Assembly: GCF_006345805.1 (NCBI RefSeq)
Contig: NW_021823841.1
Location: 1 to 21,076, forward strand
Direction of reading: 5' to 3'
Source of the DNA: Octopus sinensis
Taxonomy: Eukaryota
DNA: 21,076 nucleotides
In this document: positions 10,059 to 19,900 of the stretch, piece by piece
How positions within the stretch are numbered: position 1 is the stretch's first letter
Layout of the letters: each line of letters opens with the position of its first letter
Program-made: the position numbers and the translations under genes
The notes under the pieces: model-generated
The model's input: the letters and a program-made list of their open reading frames with translations, nothing else
The model's database searches: none
Told to the model about the DNA's origin: nothing

Positions 10059-10264
10059 ACATATTTCTTTACTGCCCACAAGGGGCTAAACACAGAGGAG
10101 ACAGACAAGGACAGACATACGTAATTGGTACTTAATTAATCGACCCCGAAAGGATGAAAGGCAAAGTCGACCTCGGCGGAATTTGAATTCAGAACGTAAC
10201 GGCAGACGTAATACGGCTACGCATTTCGTCCGGCGTGCTAACGGTTCTGCCAGCTCGACGCCTT
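10059..10264 (-). mobile_element. Near full-length tRNA-derived SINE of the same family with a different 3' tail
   Basis: The minus strand starts aaggcgtcgagctggcagaaccgttagc (A-box-like), has a B-box-like ctgaattcaaattcc and the shared central domain. The tail gtctgtccttgtctgtctcctctgtgtttagccccttgtggg differs from the neighbouring copy. Confidence 0.85.
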
Positions 10265-10269
10265 TTTCT

Positions 10270-10465
10270 ATATCTTTCCTACTGCAACACTAATGGCCTC
10301 TGTTCCTTAGGCCTCGCTGGTCTCATTCCTCGTCCTCTCAGGCACCCTCGTCCTAATGGCCTTTCCCCCTTTTGTCACTCTCGGCTGCACACTAGACATA
10401 ATATCCAGTCTTTCATCCCCAGAACATTGTTCCCCTGGAATCTCCTCCCTGCACATGTCCTTTCT
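10270..10465 (+). mobile_element. Old LINE (CR1/Jockey-group) ORF2 C-terminal fragment
   Basis: The translation YCNTNGLCSLGLAGLIPRPLRHPRP...HNIQSFIPRTLFPWNLLPAHV fits the 'G.CS.EL..LIP....SF.PRT..LWN.LP..V' motif. Confidence 0.65.
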
Positions 10466-11371
10466 GTATGATCAAAAACCAAAAAAAAAAACATTAACAG
10501 CATCAAACGCGCCAATATCCGAAGACCTGCAAGGGCCCTGAACATTTTCCATTTCCTCCAAACTCAATCAAATATAAAACAAATTAAATTATGTGTTTGA
10601 TTGTATGTAATGGTGTACGAAGTTATATCAGCCGTGAAAACATAACACAAAACTTGTTTTAGTAACTTGAAAAGGGTTAATTAGCTTTCAGCTTTCAGGT
10701 TGGAGTCAACAAAACTCCCAACGGTTCATCAAAGAATCGTTGAATCTACGCTGAGTACTTTCTATAGCAGTTTTCTCTTAACTCCCCCCTACATTTTGAC
10801 ACAGCATATTAAAAATCTATATCCAAGGGACCCCATTCCAATCTGTTTTTTCCGTTCCAAACTCCATTATATATACATAAGTTGCTTTCAAATAATAAAT
10901 ATCGGATTCCTATCTAAATAGGCGTGTATTAGCAAAAAAAGGGTTTCGTCTTTTACAAGGTGTATACTGGGACGAGATTCTATAGCTCCGCAATGATATT
11001 AATTCAATGACGTATGTGACATGTATGACAACTTCAAGGGTTCAATACCCAGCGGAACAGGTTAAAGTCGAGTCAGACACGAAATTATGTTTACTTGACA
11101 AAATTCTTTATAACCCACTTTGGGGCAGAAACCCCTCCACAACCGGCTTCAATTCTCGGTTATTTCAACAACTGTTATCCGTTTGACATGTTGCCAGTTG
11201 TCTCCATTGTACACAATTCTGATGACTTCCATGTGGCAGGAATCACATTCCAACCACCTCTCCATGACGGCATGTCAAACACCAACGGAAAAAAAACATA
11301 AAAAAGAAAAAGTTTTAAAAAAGCAAACATTAAAGAATGTAAGCGATTTTTAGCGGATCTCTCTTGTATTG

Positions 11372-11500
11372 TTAATATTAGTCGCTGTCGTCGTCATCGT
11401 CATCGTCATAGTCGCCGCCGCCGCCATCATGGCTATCGTCGACATTGTTGTTGTCGTAGTTGTCTTCTTCGTAGCCGTCGTCATTGTCATCGTCACCCTT
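11372..11500. repeat. Degenerate (GTC/GTT/GCC)n trinucleotide tract
   Basis: Directly visible. Confidence 0.85.
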
Positions 11501-11529
11501 CGACGTAATTGAACAACCAGTCTCAACTA

Positions 11530-11750
11530 GTTCCCCCAACCAGTCCCCCAATCAATCCCCCAATCAGTCTCCCCAACCAGTCACCCCAACCAAACCCCCA
11601 ACCAGTCCCCCAATCAGTCCCCCCAATCAGTCCCCCAATCAGTCCTCCAATCAGTCCCCCCAATCAGTCACCCCAACCAGTCCCCCAACCAGTCCCCCAA
11701 TCAGTCACCCCAACCAAACCCCCAACCAGTCCCCCATTCAGTCCCAATCA
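11530..11750. repeat. 12-13 bp minisatellite, unit CCCCC(C)AAYCAGT, with a ~124 bp higher-order repeat
   Basis: About 17-18 units; the variant tcaccccaaccaaacccccaaccagtccccca occurs at 11581-11612 and 11705-11736. Confidence 0.9.
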
Positions 11751-11835
11751 CTCGGGGTCCACAGTACGATCGACTCGGAACGCATCTTAAACCTTCATCT
11801 TGATTTGATCCTATTATTCGACCCTTTTGATTGCT

Positions 11836-12040
11836 GAATACAAAACGTGCCTCACGAGACCTCCGCCAGGTGACTTCACTGAGTCACCACTTTTATTCGT
11901 TTTTGCAAGCTGAGTGAACTACAGCAATGTGAGATGAAGTGTTTTGCTCAAGAACACAACGCGTCGCCCGGCCCAGGAATCGAAACTACAATTTTACGAT
12001 CATGAGTCAAACACTCTAACCACTAAGCCAATCGCCTCCA
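11836..12040 (-). mobile_element. tRNA-derived SINE with a CORE-like body
   Basis: Minus strand: A box TGGCTTAGTGG (12030-12020), B box GTTTCGATTCC (11986-11976), then gtgttcttgagcaaaacacttcatctcacattgct...actcagct, which resembles CORE-type SINE central domains. Confidence 0.85.
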
Positions 12041-12099
12041 CTCGTCGTTGTAGTTATTGTTGTTAGTCCAGATCATCTCTCAACTGTTTTTACTCAGAC

Positions 12100-12240
12100 A
12101 CTCGTCTCTCCACTTCTTGTCTCCCATGGTCCTTTTAATCAACTTTTCCCAGCACTAATCCCCTTTCCTAATCCTTCCTCCCCAGGGCCTATTCCCCCGA
12201 CTCGCAACAATTTAAACACAACTTTAATGGCACCAAACTA
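12100..12240 (+). mobile_element. Highly decayed LINE ORF2 C-terminal fragment
   Basis: The translation FNQLFPALIPFLILPPRAYSPDSQQFKHNFN loosely fits 'SF.P.T..LWN.LP...F.....LQ.FK..VN'. Confidence 0.35.
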
Positions 12241-12284
12241 ACCAGTTCCGTTCACCAGACTCAGAAATGAAAAGAATTACAGCA

Positions 12285-12505
12285 AATATTGATTTCAAAT
12301 TTTGGTACAAGGCCAGCAATTTCAGGGGAAGTCTAAAGTCGAATACATCGACCCCAGTGTTCAACTGGTACTTTTTTATCGATCCTACAAAGGATGAAGG
12401 GCAAAGTCGACCTCGGTGGAATTTGAACTCAGAACGTAAATGATGGACGAAACGCCGCCAAGTATTAGACCCAGTGTGCTAACCATTCTGCCAGCTTTTC
12501 GCCTT
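12285..12505 (-). mobile_element. tRNA-derived SINE (same family as 9895-10264)
   Basis: The minus strand starts aaggcgaaaagctggcagaatggttagcac and contains gttctgagttcaaattccaccgaggtcgactttgcccttcatcc. Confidence 0.85.
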
Positions 12506-12550
12506 AACATTGCAGAGTATTAACAAACTGAACCTGTAAGAGTGCAATAA

Positions 12551-12941
12551 TCTCTCTATATATATAAAGCTGAAGTTGTCTGTGTATGGCAGGTTTAGTA
12601 GCCTTCAACTAACATTATCTCCTCCGAGACCCTGCGGCGCAAGTTGACCAAAATTGAGAGTATGATAGAAGAAGGCTTGCTCTTCCTTCCGTAGAAGATA
12701 AAATTCAAATCGGACCATAACACCAAACATTATTTACATCAAAAAGGTGCTTTTTATCTATGAATATCCCTATTTTTTACGATTTTTTGACTGTTGTGTC
12801 GCCATTTTTCGGTGTATTTCAACCAGAAAAATGTTCACTTAAAGAGAATAACAAACTACATAATGCAAAACTTTTACTTTTCAAAAATTCCAATTCTGAA
12901 GGGTCGAAACAAACCCAAGCAAGGTCGGGCGATACTGCTAT
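12551..12941 (+). mobile_element. Non-autonomous Helitron-like element (~390 bp)
   Basis: Preceded by A and starts TCTCTCTATATATATAAAGCTGAAG. Ends with a degenerate GC hairpin (cccaagcaaggtcggg, 12914-12929) and CTAT (CTRR-like) followed by T; no TSD. Confidence 0.65.
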
Positions 12942-13313
12942 TTTAAGGCTAAAACGAGATGTTTTCCAGTTGAATATTGATGCAATAACTAGAATCTATT
13001 GAGCATATATTTCACACTGTCTTTGACTACGTCAATATAATTTACCAGAATTTTTATAGTTCTTTATCAATTTCGGTATTTTCACAAGGTTTCTTTAAAT
13101 ATTTCACACAATAAAGCAAGAATGAACCAAAAGAACGAAGGGATTATTGTTTTTAAATCAAGAATCTTTTATCAATGATGCTTCTTAATTGTTTTGTCAA
13201 AATTAACATTATAGGAACGATAAGTTATCAACGATTCTATGAAGCGGGGTCAGTGATATAAGTTTGCCGATCTCTGCTCAAACAATTTTGACATCTCTCA
13301 AATCTCAAATTAC

Positions 13314-13411
13314 CTTCATGATTTTACTGCTGCTAGACAGTCGGCTGTGGTTATCCTGGGACACAGCTGCTCGCATGATTTTGTAAGGATTCAATATATT
13401 TAATAATCTCT
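13314..13411 (-). other. Candidate 98-nt exon of an unidentified gene (or first coding exon starting MRAAVSQDNHSRLSSSSKIMK)
   Basis: Minus strand: ggattttag acceptor, open frame RLLNILNPYKIMRAAVSQDNHSRLSSSSKIMK, AAG|GTAATT donor, locally higher GC. No homology recognised. Confidence 0.2.
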
Positions 13412-14479
13412 CTAAAATCCAAACAGACATTAATAATTCCGGTTACTTTTATCCGATAACCGCTGGCTGACACTCCGATGTTGGCGGCAACTGTTTAACC
13501 CCATCTGTTACAAATACTCACATAGGTGTTCTCTTTCAAAGCATATTCCTCTTAAATCAGCTAATAGGCCTCTACAGGAGTAACTCATCCTGTTAGAAAT
13601 AGCACTCAAATCATCCTTATATCATATGCTACCATTTCTAATAACACCACACTCATTGACACAATCCTCGAAATTATGACTTCAAGAACAAAACAGGATG
13701 GTCCCGACAGGAATGGTTTATTCGCAAATAATCCTGAATAATAACAAATCGTTACTACATTCAATAAATATGAAGTCTAACGGAAGGTCTTATAGACAAT
13801 CCTATGTGACCTCTCCTTCGACTTTTTGTTGATACAAAATATTGTCGAACGTAGTAATATACTTATGACAATAAAAACGAACTCTCAGTGACCTGAATCC
13901 ATCCAGCGGGGTTTCGATTTCAGGTTGGCTTTACCTCATCACATCCGGGATATTATTTTGAAAGCCTGCCGAACTCACTGAATCTAATTTCTTATCATTC
14001 TTTTAGATCTTGGTGGCTGAAAAAGCTTTGTCACTAAGTAAATATCATCAGCGGCAACTGGAACGTTCCTGCGGTATCACGTGAACTCACGTCTCAAAAA
14101 ACCCATTCACAAAGTCATGTTATTCCTGAAAACTATCCACTCAAGAAAATTAAAATGGAGAATGTGTGCTAGTGTATATATATATCATAACATTATATAT
14201 ATGTATATATATATATATACTTCGTTTTTGTATCCGGTTTGCAAGATTCTTTATGTGAATTCGTGTGTTGAAACAAATTATGCCGCGTCTGGGAAGGGTC
14301 ATATTGACTTATTGCCATATTATCTAACACACTCACCGGTTCGATTATATCATTTATATTATTTCTTCCAATATTTTCGTTGCGTCTGCAACCTTGTCAA
14401 TGGATGTTGATTCTGTCCGTTATTGGAGTTGCATTTTTTTGTCTGTTTGTGCGCATGTGTGTACGTCAGCGTGAACGTG

Positions 14480-14591
14480 TGCTTGTGTATGAACGTATGT
14501 AGTATGTATGTATGTATTACATGTATGTATGTATGTACGAATGAATTCACACAGCGGTTAAGCACATATATACATATATGTATGTATGTTG

Positions 14592-14623
<32 letters not shown>

Positions 14624-14812
14624 ATCTATATATGTGTGTTTGTGCGTGTGAGTGTGTGTGTGAAGAGGGGAGGGAGAAGGCTATACGGTTACATGTATCT
14701 GTGTACCCATGTAATTGCAATTAGTTAATGTTATGTGACTGGGGTGCTTATATACGCGTGCATATATGTATGTATATATATATATGCGTGTGTGTGTGTG
14801 AGTGTGTGTGTG

Positions 14813-14860
<48 letters not shown>

Positions 14861-14865
14861 GCATG

Positions 14866-14910
<45 letters not shown>

Positions 14911-15065
14911 TTATAAACCTATATATTCATATTTATTTATACACACCTACATACGCACATCCACAAGCAGACACACACACACACATATATTTATATACAA
15001 CCATACATAAAAACATACATACACGCATGCATATATATACACATATATATACATACATACGTACA
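14480..15065. repeat. Compound (TATG)/(GT)/(TA)/(CA) microsatellite region
   Basis: Directly visible. Confidence 0.9.
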
Positions 15066-15364
15066 TACAAAGACAGATGTGTCCATGACGTAGGAGGAAT
15101 GTCTTTCGGTATGTGAACATGAAATGAGAGAACGCCATTGTGTCATTGTAAGACTATATTCAACGCTGTCACAATGGCTACTTAACGACAATTTATTTGT
15201 TTTCTTTTTATTTCTGGCTGCCATCTTTGTTCATTGCGGATTTAACGAGAATTTCGCTCGATTCGCCCTTATTGTCTTAGATTTGTTTAACTTTGGAAAG
15301 GTAATGCTATATACATTGAAAACATGAACGATATGTGTATTTGCCTATATTGTAAATGGTGCCT

Positions 15365-15376
15365 GTGGATATATAT

Positions 15377-15419
<43 letters not shown>

Positions 15420-15910
15420 TTATATACATATATATATATAGTATATATACTTATATATGTATGTATGTATGCATGTATATGTATGTATACATATATATAT
15501 TCATGTATGTGTGTACGCATAGATATATACACATGAATATGTTCAATATCTTTTATCTTTCATCCTTTACATATTTCAGTCATTAGACTGCGCCATGCTG
15601 GAGCAATGTCTTGTATTTGTATGTATAGACGCAGAGAATATAAGAGAATAAAAGAATGTATAGATACTTATATATTATATGCACATATAATATATATATA
15701 TATATTATTATTATATATATATATACATACATGCATACATATATACATACACATGTGTTTGTATGTGTGTGTATGTATATATATATACACGCACATAAAT
15801 ATATTGTATATATTTTCGTGTATGCATGTATATATCTACTTCTATCTTAATCACTCATATACACGTACATACCTATATATACATACATATCAGTGTGTAT
15901 GTGTGTGTCG
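15365..15910. repeat. Compound (TA)/(TATG)/(CA) microsatellite region
   Basis: Directly visible. Confidence 0.85.
15548..15605 (-). mobile_element. Short 3'-end fragment of the repeat at 18012-18270
   Basis: The reverse complement gcagtctaatgactgaaatatgtaaag matches 18241-18266 gcagtcaattgactgaaacaagtgaa. Confidence 0.6.
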
Positions 15911-16277
15911 TATATATTCCCTGTTTTATACGCGTGTTCGTAAATGCGTAATGTTCCTATGTTCTTGGTTTGTGTGAATATACGTATTCTTATGTGTGTG
16001 TCTATGATCTTGTACGTCTGTTTAGCACTGTATGCACGCATATGTGTGTGTTGTTCTTTTTTTTTGTCTCTGTTTGAGTGCGTAATCAAATAAAAGCTGA
16101 AGACGTTGTAGTGAGGTGGGGTGGACGTGGCGGGAAGTAAACTAAGAACCTAAATTAGGTCTTTGATTTTAGCTGAATGTTTATATCTTTAAAACTGGCA
16201 CCAGTTGTTTCAGACCTCTTTGACAGATGGGGAAACATGGCAGGAATCGCTGCTGACAAGGGATTTCTTCACCAGAA

Positions 16278-16487
16278 TTTACACACACACACGCACACGT
16301 ACACGCACACACACACACACACACATAGACACATACACAAACACACTCATATATATGTGTGTGTTTACTCATGTACATGAATATATTGCTCTGTATGCAT
16401 ATATAGGTACATGTATATATATGTATATTTATGTGTGTACCTAAATCTATCTATATATACATATACATACACATACGCACACGCACA

Positions 16488-16530
<43 letters not shown>
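16278..16530. repeat. (CA)/(TA) microsatellite region
   Basis: Directly visible. Confidence 0.9.
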
Positions 16531-16535
<5 letters not shown>

Positions 16536-16544
16536 GAGACACGG

Positions 16545-16625
16545 TGTAAATGATGGTTATTACATATTCTTTTATTGCAGTAAATTCGACTTACAGCCGT
16601 TTCCGGTAGTCTTCATAGGTTCGTT
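16545..16625 (-). mobile_element. PLE-type terminal fragment with a degenerate hammerhead-like motif
   Basis: Minus strand cCTATGAagactaccgGAAACggctGTAagtc ... AATAAA. The GAAAC-NGCN-GTAAG motif is also seen in both arms of the 17.0-17.6 kb palindrome. Confidence 0.4.
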
Positions 16626-17019
16626 TATTAATCAGTTTAATCTGTCAGTCCTTGATCGGTTGACAGAAATCGAACGACTCTCAAAATAACTAAGGCTACT
16701 TTCATCTGAGTCAAAGTACAACACACACATACAAACAGATGTACACATAGACACACAGACACACACATACATACACCACATACACACACACACACCCACA
16801 CACCTATATACATAATATATCTATATATATATATATATATTATATATTATATATATTTACCACGAGCACAATGAAAAGGTTACAAACCTCATTCAGGGAT
16901 ACCAAAATCCTGTGAAAATACTGGTTAGTTACTCATACAAAGAATATTGAACATTCCATTTAATACTCAACTGGAAGGTAACCGTACAAACCGTGGCTTA
17001 TATATAATAGATTTATTAT

Positions 17020-17580
17020 AATAATAAGACGGGGGAATTGAAAGGTAATTAATAAATTATGATTTATTAATTAAAAAAATTGACAAACATCTCTTACCGC
17101 CGTTTCAGTTCAGGCACTCATAAGAATAATTAATTAAATTAAAAATCATTTGAAAGTCGAATCTCTTCTGCGGTAGATAAATATATACAAAGTTCAGTTT
17201 TCTGATATTGAGTAAACGGCCGCAAGCTGTTAACTAATAGAAATCTATACATCAAGAACATAATACACAAGTGGCAGACCCCCTTAGCAGAAGAATAAAG
17301 TTACACTCCTAAGGGGTCTACCACTTGTGTACTGCGTTTTGATGTATACATTTTTATTAGTTAACCGGTTTGCAGTTGTTTTACTCAATATGAGGAAATT
17401 GGACGCTTACTTCGGATACCTTTGTCTACTTCTGAAGAAATTCGAGTTTCAAATGATTTTTAATTTAATTAATTACACTTCTGAGAGCCTAAACTGAAAC
17501 AGCTGTAAGGGATGTTTATCAATTTTAAAATTAAGAAATAGTAAATTATTAATTACCTTATTATTCTCTCATTTTATTAT
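17020..17580. mobile_element. ~560 bp imperfect palindrome (inverted PLE-type terminal repeats or a foldback element)
   Basis: Arms 17042-17287 and 17309-17559 align along their whole length (roughly 75-80% by eye) around a ~21 bp spacer. A perfect 29-bp inverted block lies at 17127-17155 / 17447-17475. Each arm carries a degenerate hammerhead-like motif. Confidence 0.85.
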
Positions 17581-18011
17581 ATATATATATATATATAAAC
17601 TACATAAGTAATACTTTTATAAACAAACCCGAAAGGCTTTGCAAGTTACAGAGAGAAAGTTCATAGTATAATAACTATTATTAAATATATATATAAACAC
17701 ACACACACACACACAAACATTTATATATGGAAAAATTATGGGTGCTAATAGACGTACAACCGGTATTGTCATGTTCAGAGTTCCACGTAGATTTTCATTA
17801 TCTAACCTTTCCGTATAGTTGTTAACTTTTGTACTGAGAAGTAGATTTAGCCACGAGACGCGAAACATATGTAGGGAAAATATGGCTAAACACTAATTAA
17901 TATTAAAGTCCATTCGTTCTGTTTCACTATTATGGTTGTTTGGAGTCATACAGTTGGAAACCATATAAAGAGCGTTTACCCTTGTTTTATATATATATAT
18001 ATATATATATA

Positions 18012-18269
18012 TTAGTGTCTTCTACTATAGCCTCGGGCCTACCAAAGCCTTGTGAGTGGATTTAGTAGACGGAAACTGAAAGAAGCCCATCGTATATATA
18101 TATTTTTATATCTATGTGTTTGTGTGTCTGTGTTTGTCTCCCCACCATCGCTTCACAACCGATGTCGGCGTGTTTACGTCCCCGTAACTTAGCTGTTCCG
18201 TAGAATGAGTTCTGGGTTTACAAAATAATAAATTCTAGCAGCAGTCAATTGACTGAAACAAGTGAATGA

Positions 18270-18270
<1 letters not shown>
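18012..18270 (+). mobile_element. Decayed SINE-like repeat (3' two-thirds) with an internal (TA)n
   Basis: Shares modules with 5255-5280 and 15548-15605 in this window; no A/B boxes retained. Confidence 0.6.
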
Positions 18271-18303
<33 letters not shown>

Positions 18304-18567
18304 GTATATACATAATACATACATACATACATACATACATACATACATACATACATACATACACACATGAAAGGAAAAAGCTAATTTGAAGACTACAGAT
18401 CCATCTCATCACTGGAACTGTAAAAATCTGTAAAACTTTCTAGAAGTTTATCATTTAAATATGTATGAGCATATCTAGATATGTAACTATACGCATGCGA
18501 GTACATACATAAAGCAAAACAACAAATCTGCACAAATACATACATACATAATACATACATACATACA

Positions 18568-18599
<32 letters not shown>

Positions 18600-18641
18600 A
18601 GATATATATATAAAATATATATATATATATATATAATATAT

Positions 18642-18694
<53 letters not shown>

Positions 18695-18916
18695 ATATTA
18701 TATATATATACATACCAAAAAAAACCCCGTTGTTCATGGTGAAAATTCCAATGAAGGAGCCTTGGGGCTCGGTTAGAAACCGGCTGTCTCTATATTGGCA
18801 AAATATCTTGAAATAAACTGAACAATTACATACACACAGACACACACCTATACATACATATATACATACATCATACATACAACATACATACATACATACA
18901 TACATACCAACATACA

Positions 18917-18950
<34 letters not shown>

Positions 18951-18969
18951 CATACATACTACATACATC

Positions 18970-19005
<36 letters not shown>

Positions 19006-19145
19006 TACAATCACATACATACATACATACATACATACATACATACAACATATATATACATACATACCTACATACATACATAATACATACATCCATGCAT
19101 ACATAAATATACACACACATACAACATACATACATACATACAACA

Positions 19146-19179
<34 letters not shown>

Positions 19180-19209
19180 CATACATACATACATACATAC
19201 ATACATACA

Positions 19210-19243
<34 letters not shown>

Positions 19244-19257
19244 CATACATACATACA

Positions 19258-19288
<31 letters not shown>
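18270..19288. repeat. Long (TACA)n/(TA)n arrays, including ~470 bp of (TACA)n at 18820-19288
   Basis: Directly visible; source of the MYVC-repeat ORFs. Confidence 0.95.
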
Positions 19289-19290
<2 letters not shown>

Positions 19291-19644
19291 CGAATACCTC
19301 TTTTACTGTGTTCCAGAGTTAGACGCGACACCCAAACATACTTCGAGACAGGGAGAGAAGTATTATAGAATATTATAGATGATATCCTAAGCAAAAATAT
19401 AAAAGAAAAATAATGCTTTCTTCGTCTCCGGTTGATCAAACGTATCATGGGATCCGGCATAAGATTTAGTGCATGTGTACTAAGACTATCTTCAGAGAAT
19501 TTAAAAGAACCACTCAAATATGTTATTCTATATTAGGTCTTACTCTGAAATCCCTCGGATAAACTAGCAATGCGACAATGATACACTATCTGCCTCTCTT
19601 TCTTTTTCACCCGCTCTACTGAATCCCCCACCCTCTCTTTCTCT

Positions 19645-19657
19645 TTCTCTCTTTCTT

Positions 19658-19697
<40 letters not shown>

Positions 19698-19900
19698 TCA
19701 CTCTTTCTGCCCTTTTTCTCTCCGTATTTTATAATGACTTGTTTATCAATTTTATACTTCAAATACATACATTTATTTGCATAAAAGATAAATTAAATCA
19801 GATAAAGAATATATATGGATAACACGGATACATTCACACTCTCACACACTCACACACACACACGCACACACACACTTATACTCACACATACAAACACACA
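19645..19900. repeat. (CA)n and degenerate (CA) tracts
   Basis: Directly visible. Confidence 0.85.

Noticed and set aside
11180-11280. 10-bp inverted repeat gtttgacatg/catgtcaaac enclosing a CTGATGA
   Set aside because: The stem is too short for a pre-miRNA, and there is no GAAA partner for a hammerhead.
11484-11837. Pro/Ser/Gln/Asn-rich ORFs resembling mucin or extensin
   Set aside because: Entirely explained by the minisatellite; no signal peptide or non-repeat domain.
13575-13725. Possible decayed interspersed repeat (cctgttagaaatagc...)
   Set aside because: No second copy in the window; the resemblance rests on memory only.
17617-17868. Minus ORF with N-glycosylation-like motifs and a hydrophobic stretch
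   Set aside because: It runs into a microsatellite, has no donor site, and has no recognisable family motif.
1922-19517. Many YI/CV/HT/MYVC-repeat ORFs (up to 193 aa)
   Set aside because: Stop-free frames of (TA)n, (CA)n and (TACA)n microsatellites.
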